From Paludibacteraceae bacterium (lineage in GTDB: Bacteria; Bacteroidota; Bacteroidia; Bacteroidales; Paludibacteraceae), in contig JAFVAX010000094.1 in the NCBI GenBank assembly GCA_017480285.1, positions 29,229 through 53,228 of the forward strand: 24,000 bases of DNA, in the 5' to 3' direction. Made by a program: the position numbers and the translations under genes. Positions 15,020 to 23,704 of this stretch are shown here, in pieces. Numbering within the stretch: the first letter of the stretch is position 1; the number at the start of each line of letters is the position of its first letter. Below the pieces are notes generated by a model. That model was not told the DNA's origin and searched no databases. It saw nothing but the letters and a program-made list of their open reading frames with translations.

Positions 15020-15051
15020 TTTGCATTTTTGAGAAAAATAATGTATCTTTG
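15020..15051 (+). promoter_or_regulatory. Bacteroidota-type promoter for tRNA-Ser
   Basis: TTTG (15020-15023), 20-nt spacer, TAtcTTTG (15044-15051), about 28 nt upstream of the tRNA. It is divergent from, and back-to-back with, the yjjI promoter. Confidence 0.55.
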
Positions 15052-15078
15052 CACCGCCTTTTAGAAAATTAACTAAAA

Positions 15079-15165
<87 letters not shown>

Positions 15166-15346
15166 CAAGACCGATGAATACAGGGGTTATGAGAGATTGG
15201 CTCGAAAAACCGAACCAAAATCGAACCAAAAATTTTTCACCCGCTTCATCGGACTTGTTGTATATATAAGTAGTTGGAATAGAGTAGTGCTACATTTTTC
15301 CAAGCGACTTTTCTACAAATTCATACACTTTTCCATGCGACTTTTA

Positions 15347-16645
15347 CTAAATACACATTGCCATATACAGTGGTAGATAGTTTATATCATTTTCTTTGCC
15401 ACCATTATCTTTGCTAAGGACAACGCTCCGTTCCACATATTCTGCAAGTTCGTCAAGTACATTATTGAGGGCGGTATGTTGTTTGTAATTATTGCCTGAT
15501 TTGACTTCCAGTATGCTTACTTTGTTTCCCTCTTTAATTATAAAATCCAGTTCATTACGGCTTTTGCGGTCGTAGTAATGTAGTGTATGTCCGTGTTTGA
15601 TTAGCTCTAATGCTACAAAATTTTCAGTCAGTGCTCCCTCGTTGATTGACAAATCACCTTGCATCACCTGCCATTGAATTTTGTCGTTCCACATTGCACA
15701 CAGCAAACCGGTATCCAAGAGATAGACTTTGAACATATTACGGTTTTCATATTGCTCAAAAGGCAACGACAGGGAGTGTGTGTTGTAGCAGAATAGAGCC
15801 ACACCGGCATCTTGCAGCCATTGGGCTGAATCACCGTATTTCTGCATATTACCCGACTGTTCCAAGTCGCTCAATACATATCGCTTATGGGGTTTGCTTA
15901 ATTGCGTGGGGATAGCATCGAAAAATCGTTTTGCCCGATTCTTTTCGCTACCTGCATATTTGGCGATGTCGTTGCGGTAATTATCAATTATAAGCCGTTG
16001 TTGTCGAATCGTTTCGTTGAAATCCGGATTCTGAAGAAAGGTGGTTACCACTTTCGGCATACCGCCAACTATGAGAAAATTACGGTAGTGCCGCATCAAC
16101 TGACTATGCAGAAACATATCCATCTCACTGTGTTCCGCATAGGTTTGGCGGATGATTCGGATTATATGGTCCCCGACATTATTTGCCCAAAGCCATTCTT
16201 CAAAATCCAACGGAAACATCTCTATTTGACTCTCAAATCCAACGGGATAACTGCTTACATCCGCATAGTTGATACCCAACAGTGAGCCTGATTCGATATA
16301 GTCGAACCGTCCGTCTTCAACCAAAAATTTTATGGCAGTTCGCGCTTTTGGGCAACTCTGTATCTCGTCAAAAAATACAAGTGTCTTGTTTTCCACAAAT
16401 GGTCCATATCCCATTGCGCTTAGTCGAGCAACCACGGTTTGTGTGTCAAGCCTGCCGTTGAATGCTTCTTTTGCTATCGGATCCTGCTCAAAGTTTATTT
16501 CTATGAAATTGGAATAATTCTTTTGAGCAAACTCACGAATAGTAGTGGTCTTGCCCACTTGCCTTGCACCCTTCACCAACAAAGCTTCGTGAGAGTGATT
16601 CGTTTTCCAATTTTCCAACAGACTGATAATTTTACGTTTAAGCAT
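15347..16645 (-). CDS. AAA+ ATPase of the COG1373/DUF4143 type
   Basis: 432 aa. Walker A GARQVGKTT. Walker B LVFFDEIQ. The length and C-terminal region are typical of this family (from memory). Confidence 0.85.
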   Translation of the reverse strand: MLKRKIISLLENWKTNHSHEALLVKGARQVGKTTTIREFAQKNYSNFIEINFEQDPIAKEAFNGRLDTQTVVARLSAMGYGPFVENKTLVFFDEIQSCPKARTAIKFLVEDGRFDYIESGSLLGINYADVSSYPVGFESQIEMFPLDFEEWLWANNVGDHIIRIIRQTYAEHSEMDMFLHSQLMRHYRNFLIVGGMPKVVTTFLQNPDFNETIRQQRLIIDNYRNDIAKYAGSEKNRAKRFFDAIPTQLSKPHKRYVLSDLEQSGNMQKYGDSAQWLQDAGVALFCYNTHSLSLPFEQYENRNMFKVYLLDTGLLCAMWNDKIQWQVMQGDLSINEGALTENFVALELIKHGHTLHYYDRKSRNELDFIIKEGNKVSILEVKSGNNYKQHTALNNVLDELAEYVERSVVLSKDNGGKENDINYLPLYMAMCI

Positions 16646-16647
16646 AA

Positions 16648-16736
16648 TTTAGTGTGTTATTGCAGTTGATTTCGCGTCTTTTTAGTGTGTTATTGCAGTT
16701 GATTTCGCGTCTTTTTAGTGTGTTATTGCAGTTGAA
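16648..16736. repeat. Tandem repeat, about 2.7 x 33 bp, abutting the ATPase start codon
   Basis: The unit is tttagtgtgttattgcagttgatttcgcgtctt, at 16648, 16681, and 16714 (truncated). The first unit begins 3 nt from the ATG at 16645. Confidence 0.9.
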
Positions 16737-16778
16737 TTAGAGCAAAAACAGTGCCAAATTGCAGTAGTTGTAAGAATT

Positions 16779-16982
16779 TTACAATGTTTTGATGGTTGTG
16801 TTTGGACTATAGGTCTTGAAAATCTGCTCAAAGTTGGTAGCGGTGCTATCATCAGCGTAACTTGAGTCGCACAGTGTGGCATATTGCGGTTGCTTCTTGG
16901 TGATAGCTGTGATCACGCTGTCCGTAACGCCGGTGTCAAAGCAGGCGATGGGGAAGCCGCTTACAAAGTTACAAAAATTTTC
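16779..16982 (-). pseudogene. Start-less C-terminal gene fragment, possibly the tail of an R-M type DNA methyltransferase
   Basis: A 67-codon open frame with no start codon reads ENFCNFVSGFPIACFDTGVTDSVITAITKKQPQYATLCDSSYADDSTATNFEQIFKTYSPNTTIKTL*. It is a GC-richer patch flanked by AT-rich DNA. The resemblance of the tail to Mod-type methylase C-termini is from memory only. Confidence 0.3.
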
Positions 16983-17096
16983 TTAATTTCAAAAAAAGTT
17001 AATTCAAATAACATGTTTTTTCAACAAAAGCACCATAATTAACCATTTGCCTATAGATACAACATTTATTTGCATAAGTGTCGAAAAAAAAGGGAG

Positions 17097-17135
17097 AAAA
17101 TCGAACTTTAGAACTAAAGAAAAGTGTTCGATTTT
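17097..17135. other. Imperfect nested palindrome upstream of the nuclease promoter
   Basis: aaaatcgaac (17097-17106) pairs with gttcgatttt (17126-17135). Inner pair ctttag/ctaaag. A T-run follows. Confidence 0.4.
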
Positions 17136-17145
17136 TTGTATAAAA

Positions 17146-17177
17146 TTTGCTTTTTGATGCTTTTATTTGTATATTTG
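17146..17177 (+). promoter_or_regulatory. Bacteroidota-type promoter for the nuclease gene
   Basis: TTTG (17146-17149), 20-nt spacer, TAtaTTTG (17170-17177). This places the track start at 17147 inside the promoter. Confidence 0.5.
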
Positions 17178-17266
17178 TTGGTGAAATGCTAACTTTTGGC
17201 AGTTTTATCAATAGTAAAACAAATAAAAACAACCAAATTAAAATAACCAAATTAAAATCAGTTATT

Positions 17267-18898
17267 ATGAAAAAATTTACTCTTACAAAAACAGTATTGT
17301 GTATGTTTATTATGCTGTTTGTGTCAAATTGGTCATTCTCACAATGCTATGAGACGACCGACGAGCGCACAAGCGCAAATGGTGAGTTGCAAAATGCAAC
17401 AACAAAGAGTGAGTCAGGCTCTGTTGAATGGCTCTACAACAACCAATACAACTGCTGGAGTATCAATGCATACAAAGACACGGAAGACAACGAAGACTGG
17501 CTTATCTTTACTATGATTGAGAACTACAATGCCAAAGGTAGTGTGATAAAATTCAAACAAGCCATCAACTTTGCCCAATCCAATGGAGTGGATGTAACGA
17601 AAAATATGCGTTGCTACCTCATTGATAACTGGCAAGGAGAAACATATTTCGATATGTACACCTTCCGTCCGCTTGAGATAAAGAACTATCCCACCACAGA
17701 CAGTTACAATTTTGTTGAGAGCGAGATAGTAGTGCCTGAAGAGTATCTTGACGGCGTTTATTATTATGCCCTTTGCTTCTGCTATGAGAGCGAAGCAGGC
17801 AAAGCAGCGGCTTGGCAGATAAAAGATATTGTTGTAACAAACCATTGCGATGGATACAATGGTGACAACGAAAATGAAGTAATCGTAGAGTCACCTATCT
17901 CCTTGCCCAATGTTGGTTCGGCAAGACTGAAAGTAACTGCCAACAATGTGCAGAACTACTATTACAACTACGATGAGACAAGTCGTACTTCGTCAGGCAA
18001 CACATTCAATTATGATTCATATAACGGTTTTGAAGAAAAAACCAATTTGATAGCAGAAGCCCTGCTTATGACCAATGCCGATGTTTATGCCCTTTGCGAA
18101 GTAGAAGCCACACAAAAAGTGCTCGACTATTTGGCTTCAAGGATGAACAGTATTTCAAAGACAAGCAATTATGTAGCCGTTCAAGACGGCATTGAAGTGC
18201 CTAACGACGATTATGACAACAGTCTTAAGTCAGGTTTTATTTACAGAAAAGACAAAGTAAAACCTGTAGGAAGCAACTCTACCGCTTCGTCTGCTACCTA
18301 CTACTACAAATATACTATGCGTATTCAAGCCTTTGAAGAGTTGGCAAGCGGTGGCAGGTTCACTATCGCAATGAACCACTTCAAAGCGGGTGGCAATAGT
18401 TCTGACGAGTCGGCAAGAACACAAAATGCTATTGACCTTATTAAGGCTCTTCAGTCGGGCAAAGCCATCGACCCTGATATCCTTATACTTGGCGACTTGA
18501 ACTGCCAAATGACAGAAGATGCCTGCTCACGCATAAGCAAAGCCGGATACGAAGAACAACTGCTCAAATACAACTCTAACGCCTTCACTTACTGCTATAG
18601 CGGATACTCACTTATCGATCACGCCTTTGCTAACGCAAGCATGACAAGTCAGATAACAGGTGCAGATGTGTTCCATATCAATACAAAATGTTCTGAGGAG
18701 TCGTATAAAACATATTCATACCGCTATTCCGACCACGACCCATACACCATTGGTATAAAACTCAACGAACCGACAGGTCTTGAAGACATACAAACAGATA
18801 ATAACTCAAACGGCGCAACAAAGATTTTCCACGAAGGAAACATCTATATCATAGTTGGCGAAAAGATTTACAACGCTATGGGCTTGGAAATAAAATAA
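17267..18898 (+). CDS. Secreted endonuclease/exonuclease/phosphatase (EEP) family nuclease with an N-terminal accessory domain
   Basis: - ATG at 17267 gives the signal peptide MKKFTLTKTVLCMFIMLFVSNWSFSQ.
- EEP motifs: DVYALCEVE, ILILGDLNC, SDHDPYTIGI.
- The N-terminal ~190 aa look choice-of-anchor-J-like (W...DWLIF..., AAWQIKDIVV).
- The C-terminal tail is KIFHEGNIYIIVGEKIYNAMGLEIK. Confidence 0.8.
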   Translation: MKKFTLTKTVLCMFIMLFVSNWSFSQCYETTDERTSANGELQNATTKSESGSVEWLYNNQYNCWSINAYKDTEDNEDWLIFTMIENYNAKGSVIKFKQAINFAQSNGVDVTKNMRCYLIDNWQGETYFDMYTFRPLEIKNYPTTDSYNFVESEIVVPEEYLDGVYYYALCFCYESEAGKAAAWQIKDIVVTNHCDGYNGDNENEVIVESPISLPNVGSARLKVTANNVQNYYYNYDETSRTSSGNTFNYDSYNGFEEKTNLIAEALLMTNADVYALCEVEATQKVLDYLASRMNSISKTSNYVAVQDGIEVPNDDYDNSLKSGFIYRKDKVKPVGSNSTASSATYYYKYTMRIQAFEELASGGRFTIAMNHFKAGGNSSDESARTQNAIDLIKALQSGKAIDPDILILGDLNCQMTEDACSRISKAGYEEQLLKYNSNAFTYCYSGYSLIDHAFANASMTSQITGADVFHINTKCSEESYKTYSYRYSDHDPYTIGIKLNEPTGLEDIQTDNNSNGATKIFHEGNIYIIVGEKIYNAMGLEIK

Positions 18899-18920
18899 TA
18901 CGGATAAGTCCAAGATAAAA

Positions 18921-18959
18921 ATTGAGAGTTGGTACTGCTTGCCGGTATCAACTCTCAAT
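18921..18959. terminator. Bidirectional hairpin between convergent genes
   Basis: attgagagttg (18921-18931) pairs with caactctcaat (18949-18959), an 11-bp stem with a 17-nt loop. A/T-rich flanks. It lies between the stops at 18898 (+) and 18963 (-). Confidence 0.6.
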
Positions 18960-18962
18960 TAA

Positions 18963-20339
18963 TTAGTTTTGGCTAATATATTCGTGGAAGCGAATGACTG
19001 CATATATACCTTTCTTAAACACTTCCAACAAAAAACTCTCGTTGGGCGAGTGAATAGCGTTCTGCTCAAGTCCGAACCCCATCAGAATGGTTTTTACACC
19101 TAAGATTCGTTCAAAATCGGCAATAATAGGGATACTGCCACCTCTTCTTGCAGCGATAGGTCGTTTGCCGAAAGCCTCCTCAAAAGCCTTTTCTGCGGCT
19201 TTGTATTGTGGCAAATCTATAGGACACACATACCCCTCACCGCCATGCATCGGCGTTATCTCCACTCTTATAGACTCCGGTGCTATCTCACGAACATAAT
19301 CGATAAAGGCTTGTGATATCTTTTCGTGGTCTTGGTTTGGTACCAAACGGCACGACACTTTGGCAAAAGCCTCGCGCGGAATAACCGTTTTGCTACCTTC
19401 ACCCATATATCCGCCCCATATACCGCATACATCAAAACTCGGACGGCAAGAGTTACGCTCTAATGTGGAATAACCAACCTCTCCTTCTGTTTCAGGGATA
19501 CCGATGTTTTCGCAATACTGTTTCTCGTCAAACGGAATAGATTTAATCATTTCTCTTTCCTCTTGCGGGATGGGCAACACATCGTCATAGAAATGCGGAA
19601 TGGTTATGCGTCCGTCCTTATCTTTCATTCGGGCTATAAGTTCGCAAAGTACATTTATCGGGTTAGCCACAGCCCCGCCGAAATGCCCCGAATGCAAGTC
19701 ACGGTTTGGTCCTGAGACGCGTATCTGCCAATAGGCAAGACCACGAAGTCCGACTGTAAGTGACGGCAGTTCGCGCCCTAACATACTCGTATCGGAAACA
19801 AGTATGATATCGCTTTTGAGTTCGTCTTTGTGAGTTGTCAGGAACTTAGTCAGGTTAGGCGAGCCAATCTCCTCCTCACCCTCAAAAATGAAGGTAACAT
19901 TATGTTTTAGAAGTCCACGACTGCACAAGTATTCAAATGCTTTGACTTGAATCATTGTTTGTCCTTTATCATCGTCCGCACCACGGGCATAAAGCCTGCC
20001 GTCTTTTACGTCAGGTTCAAAAGGTTCTGTTTTCCACTCATCAAGCGGCTCTACAGGCATAACATCATAATGTCCATAGACAAGGACTGTTGAGGGTTTT
20101 TCGTTTTTTTTCTGACAATAGTAATGCCCAACAACGATAGGGTTGCCTTCCGTAGGATGAATTTTCACTTCCTGAGCCCCTGCTTGAAGCAACAGTGTTT
20201 TCCAGCGTTCGGCACAAGCGAGCATATCTGCCTTATGTTGCGGGTCTGGCGAGATGCTTTTGATTCGTATCAGACTACCCCACTCGTCTATAAATCGAGG
20301 CATCTGAGAATCGATGTAATCAAGAATTTGTTTATCCAT
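18963..20339 (-). CDS. M20-family metallopeptidase (dipeptidase-like)
   Basis: 458 aa. Motifs: VLVYGHYDVMPVEP, ARGADDDKGQ, FEGEEEIGS. Confidence 0.85.
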   Translation of the reverse strand: MDKQILDYIDSQMPRFIDEWGSLIRIKSISPDPQHKADMLACAERWKTLLLQAGAQEVKIHPTEGNPIVVGHYYCQKKNEKPSTVLVYGHYDVMPVEPLDEWKTEPFEPDVKDGRLYARGADDDKGQTMIQVKAFEYLCSRGLLKHNVTFIFEGEEEIGSPNLTKFLTTHKDELKSDIILVSDTSMLGRELPSLTVGLRGLAYWQIRVSGPNRDLHSGHFGGAVANPINVLCELIARMKDKDGRITIPHFYDDVLPIPQEEREMIKSIPFDEKQYCENIGIPETEGEVGYSTLERNSCRPSFDVCGIWGGYMGEGSKTVIPREAFAKVSCRLVPNQDHEKISQAFIDYVREIAPESIRVEITPMHGGEGYVCPIDLPQYKAAEKAFEEAFGKRPIAARRGGSIPIIADFERILGVKTILMGFGLEQNAIHSPNESFLLEVFKKGIYAVIRFHEYISQN

Positions 20340-20341
20340 AA

Positions 20342-20374
20342 GAATTGTGAATTGTAAATTGTGAATTGTGAATT
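20342..20374. repeat. Heptamer microsatellite (g/a)aattgt x4.7 filling the recG-dipeptidase spacer
   Basis: gaattgt gaattgt aaattgt gaattgt gaatt lies between the dipeptidase ATG (20339) and the recG stop (20373-20375). Confidence 0.85.
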
Positions 20375-22466
20375 ATGAAATCTCTCCCCAATTGACTACT
20401 GTCTTTTTCATTGTCTTTAGTTGGTCGGCATACACTTTATTTTGTGCCGATTGCAGTTCGGGGTCGTTTTCAAGTATCTCTTCTGCCGCTTGTCGTGCCA
20501 CTTCAAGTATCTGTCCGTCGGTAGAGAGCGAAGCAATATGCAGTTCAAAAGGCAAGCCTGACTGTTGCGTTCCTTCCATATCACCGGGACCTCTCAGTTG
20601 CAGGTCTGCCTCAGCAATACGAAAACCATCGTTGGTAGCCACCATGATGTCCATCCGCTGGCGAGTCTCTTTGCTTATTTCTACTTTTGTGAGCAAAAGG
20701 CAATAACTCTTATCTGCCCCTCGCCCGACACGCCCGCGCAGTTGGTGCAGTTGGCTTAGTCCGAAGCGTTCGGCATTCTCAACTATCATAACCGTTGCGT
20801 TAGGCACATTGACACCCACTTCTATAACCGTTGTAGCCACAAGAATCTGCGTCTTACCCTCGGCAAAAAGGCGCATCTGCTCATCTTTGTCCGCCGCGCG
20901 CATCTTGCCGTGCACCATTGATATGTTCATTGTCGGGAACTGCTCGCACATATATCGGAAACCGTTTTCAAGATCGGCAAGGTCGCTTTTCTTACCCTCT
21001 TCAATAAGCGGATAGACGACATATACCTGTCTGCCGGCGGCAACCTCTTTTGCTATAAACTGATTGACCGACTGCCGTCGCAGTTGTGAATAGTGCATAG
21101 TCGTTATCGGCTTTCGTCCGGGGGGCAGTTCGTCAATAACACTAACCGACAAGTCGCCATATACCGTCATAGCAAGCGTTCTTGGGATAGGCGTTGCCGT
21201 CATGACAAGCACATGTGGCGGGTTTTGATTTTTTGACCATAGTTTGGCTCTTTGCGCTACGCCAAAACGATGCTGTTCGTCAATAACAACCAAGCCAAGA
21301 TTACCAAACTGAACAGTGTCTTCAATAAGCGCATGCGTGCCTATGAGGATATCAATGAGTCCTTGACGAAGGTCTGCAAGTAGTGTCTCGCGTTTCTTCT
21401 TTGTAGTTGAGCCGGTCAGCAGTTCCACTCTCACGGGCATCTCGCCAAGCATAGAGCGGAAAGTCTCGTAATGTTGCGTTGCAAGAATCTCGGTAGGAGC
21501 CATTATACTACTCTGAAAACCATTATCTTTGGCAAGCAAGCAGCACATAAGTGCCACCAGTGTTTTGCCACTACCCACATCGCCTTGCAAGAGTCTGTTC
21601 ATCTGTTTGCCACTCTTCATATCAGTCTGTATCTCACGGATGACACGCTTCTGCGCATTTGTAAGAGCGAAAGGCAGACGATTAAAATAAAAACCATTGA
21701 ACGCTCGACCGACAATAGGCATTCTGTAGCCCACAGTTTGAAGACGGGCTAAACGGCTTTGCTTGAGTATCTGGAGTTGAATGTAGAAAAGTTCCTCGAA
21801 CTTAAGTCTTTCTTTAGCTTTTTGAAGAAGTGGTGTGTTTTTCGGGAAGTGTATATTCAGAATACTCTCTGTAAGCGACATCAAGTGATACTTATCAATG
21901 AGGTCTTGCGCAAGCGTCTCGTCCAAGCCTTGTTTTTCCACATCGGGCAATATCGTTTCCATTATCTTGCGTATCTGCTTGGTGTTGAGATACGAGTTTT
22001 TCATCTCGCCCGAAGTGTTATAGTAAGGTTCAAGTCCTTGAATCTTTTGCAGGTTCACCTTGTCAAGCGGTTGCAGTTCGGGATGTGCAAAACTCCAACC
22101 ATGGTTGAAAAGTGTAGGTTTGCCAAACAAGAGGTAAGTTACTCCTGCTTGCAGTTTGACATAATCAATTCCGCTAAACCAGATAAGTTCAACTGTATCA
22201 CGCCCGTCAGTGAAAAGTCCTTTCAACTGCCGATGCTTGCCTCGTTCGTCAATATGAAGCGAAGTAACCTGACCTATTATCTGCACAAATGTTTCAGAGT
22301 CTTCTATCTCACGAATCTTATAGAAGCGACTTCGGTCAATATACTTGTATGGGAACACATAGAGCATCTGTTTTGCCGTTGAGACATTAAACTCTTTCTT
22401 TAGCAATTCAGCGCGCTTGGGACCTACACCTGTTACATATTTGATTTCTTTGTCCTGAAAACTCAT
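20373..22466 (-). CDS. recG: ATP-dependent DNA helicase RecG
   Basis: Motifs: GDVGSGKT, VVIDEQHRFG, MTATPIPRT, and the wedge-domain N-terminus. The start is set at ATG 22466 (MSFQDKEIKY) because a canonical promoter lies at 22487-22518, inside the longer track ORF. Confidence 0.9.
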   Translation of the reverse strand: MSFQDKEIKYVTGVGPKRAELLKKEFNVSTAKQMLYVFPYKYIDRSRFYKIREIEDSETFVQIIGQVTSLHIDERGKHRQLKGLFTDGRDTVELIWFSGIDYVKLQAGVTYLLFGKPTLFNHGWSFAHPELQPLDKVNLQKIQGLEPYYNTSGEMKNSYLNTKQIRKIMETILPDVEKQGLDETLAQDLIDKYHLMSLTESILNIHFPKNTPLLQKAKERLKFEELFYIQLQILKQSRLARLQTVGYRMPIVGRAFNGFYFNRLPFALTNAQKRVIREIQTDMKSGKQMNRLLQGDVGSGKTLVALMCCLLAKDNGFQSSIMAPTEILATQHYETFRSMLGEMPVRVELLTGSTTKKKRETLLADLRQGLIDILIGTHALIEDTVQFGNLGLVVIDEQHRFGVAQRAKLWSKNQNPPHVLVMTATPIPRTLAMTVYGDLSVSVIDELPPGRKPITTMHYSQLRRQSVNQFIAKEVAAGRQVYVVYPLIEEGKKSDLADLENGFRYMCEQFPTMNISMVHGKMRAADKDEQMRLFAEGKTQILVATTVIEVGVNVPNATVMIVENAERFGLSQLHQLRGRVGRGADKSYCLLLTKVEISKETRQRMDIMVATNDGFRIAEADLQLRGPGDMEGTQQSGLPFELHIASLSTDGQILEVARQAAEEILENDPELQSAQNKVYADQLKTMKKTVVNWGEIS

Positions 22467-22486
22467 ACTTACGAAAAACTTACGCA

Positions 22487-22518
22487 CAAAGTTACTATTT
22501 TTTGATAAAAAATACAAA
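22487..22518 (-). promoter_or_regulatory. Bacteroidota-type promoter for recG
   Basis: On the minus strand: TTTG (22518-22515), 20-nt spacer, TAacTTTG (22494-22487). Confidence 0.55.
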
Positions 22519-22573
22519 TCTTACGGAAAAATAAAAACTTTTTTGTAATTTTGCCAAATCAAAAATCCTAATT

Positions 22574-23704
22574 ATGGCAGGCTTGTATATTCATATCCCC
22601 TTTTGTGGTAGCAGATGTGTTTATTGCGACTTCTACTCAACCACCTCGCTTGAATTGAGAGAACAGTATGTCGATTGTTTGTGCGAGGAACTGAAAATGA
22701 AGCGAACTGCAGAACCCATTTTCGCAAGCGGAGACACCTGCACAACCATAGAAACTATATACTTCGGTGGTGGTACGCCTTCGCTACTAACTCCACCGCA
22801 GATTTTGCGTATCCTCAGGTGTATTGCTAAGTATTTCACTCTTGCTTCGGATATTGAAGTAACACTTGAAGCCAATCCGCAAGACCTGGATAAGACCTAC
22901 ATCACTTCTTTGCTCGGTATCGGGATAAATCGCTTAAGCATTGGTTGCCAATCGTTTCAGAATGACTTCCTGAAGTTTTTACATCGCAGGCATACCGCAG
23001 AACAGGCAATACAGGTTGTTGAACTTGCCCACCAATGCGGATTTGAGGACATAAGTGTTGACCTTATTTACGGCTTACCAAAACAGACACTCAAAGATTT
23101 TCAGCAAGACATCCAAACAGCCTTATCGCTACCTGTGAAACACATTAGTACTTATTGTTTGACTATTGAAGAGAACACTCCTCTGCATAAAATGTTCTTG
23201 AAAGACAAAAGCCTTCAGCAGGACGATGAAACGCTCAACGACATGTATTCGATGCTATGTGAGAAACTCAACAGTTGGTACCACTATGAAGTCTCAAATT
23301 TTGCTATCAACCAACAATTTATCTCTCAGCACAATAGCAGTTACTGGAACAATACTCCGTATCTTGGCATTGGTGCTGGTGCTCACAGTTACGACGGAAA
23401 CAACACCCGTTCTTGGAACATTTCAAACCTGCAAAAATACATAAGCGAGATTGAGAAAGATGTTTTGCCTTGCGAGAAAGAGACTCTAACTGATGAAGAC
23501 CGCCTGACGGAACTCGTTATGCTTCGACTGCGTACAAAAGAAGGCATCAACCTTACTTCACTTAACGAACAAATACGCAACAAACTCTTAAGCAAAGCAA
23601 AACCGTTTATTGAGAGTGGTAAACTGAAAATTGCAGACAATCACCTGTCTGCAACACGACAAGGTATAGCAATACTAAACCTTATAATTGAGGAGTTAAT
23701 CTGA
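22574..23704 (+). CDS. hemW: Radical SAM heme chaperone HemW (HemN-like, oxygen-independent coproporphyrinogen oxidase family)
   Basis: 376 aa. Motifs: LYIHIPFCGSRCVYCDF (CX3CX2C) and IYFGGGTPS. Confidence 0.9.
   Translation: MAGLYIHIPFCGSRCVYCDFYSTTSLELREQYVDCLCEELKMKRTAEPIFASGDTCTTIETIYFGGGTPSLLTPPQILRILRCIAKYFTLASDIEVTLEANPQDLDKTYITSLLGIGINRLSIGCQSFQNDFLKFLHRRHTAEQAIQVVELAHQCGFEDISVDLIYGLPKQTLKDFQQDIQTALSLPVKHISTYCLTIEENTPLHKMFLKDKSLQQDDETLNDMYSMLCEKLNSWYHYEVSNFAINQQFISQHNSSYWNNTPYLGIGAGAHSYDGNNTRSWNISNLQKYISEIEKDVLPCEKETLTDEDRLTELVMLRLRTKEGINLTSLNEQIRNKLLSKAKPFIESGKLKIADNHLSATRQGIAILNLIIEELI

Noticed and set aside
15902-16669. Plus-strand ORFs inside the AAA ATPase gene (15902-16285, 16332-16517, 16439-16669)
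   Set aside because: They are antisense shadows of a well-supported CDS.
15217-17106. 10-11 bp direct repeat aaaatcgaac(c) at 15217-15227 and 17097-17106, flanking the ATPase/methylase-fragment patch, considered as possible att sites
   Set aside because: An AT-rich 10-mer match is expected by chance many times in 24 kb. There is no integrase and no similarity to the tRNA 3' end.
17147-17266. Longer N-terminal extensions offered by the ORF track (17147 for the nuclease, 22517 for recG, 1658 and 6857 for the two signal-peptide genes, 901, 234, 6057)
   Set aside because: - Canonical promoter boxes fall inside the extensions at 17146-17177 and 22487-22518.
- The 1658, 6857, and 901 starts are TTG.
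- An ATG giving a proper signal peptide or TM start lies downstream in each case.
21759-22382. 207-aa ORF antisense to recG, plus 20368-20706, 20565-20759, 20809-21015, and 21471-21752
   Set aside because: These are shadow ORFs inside recG with no recognisable motifs.
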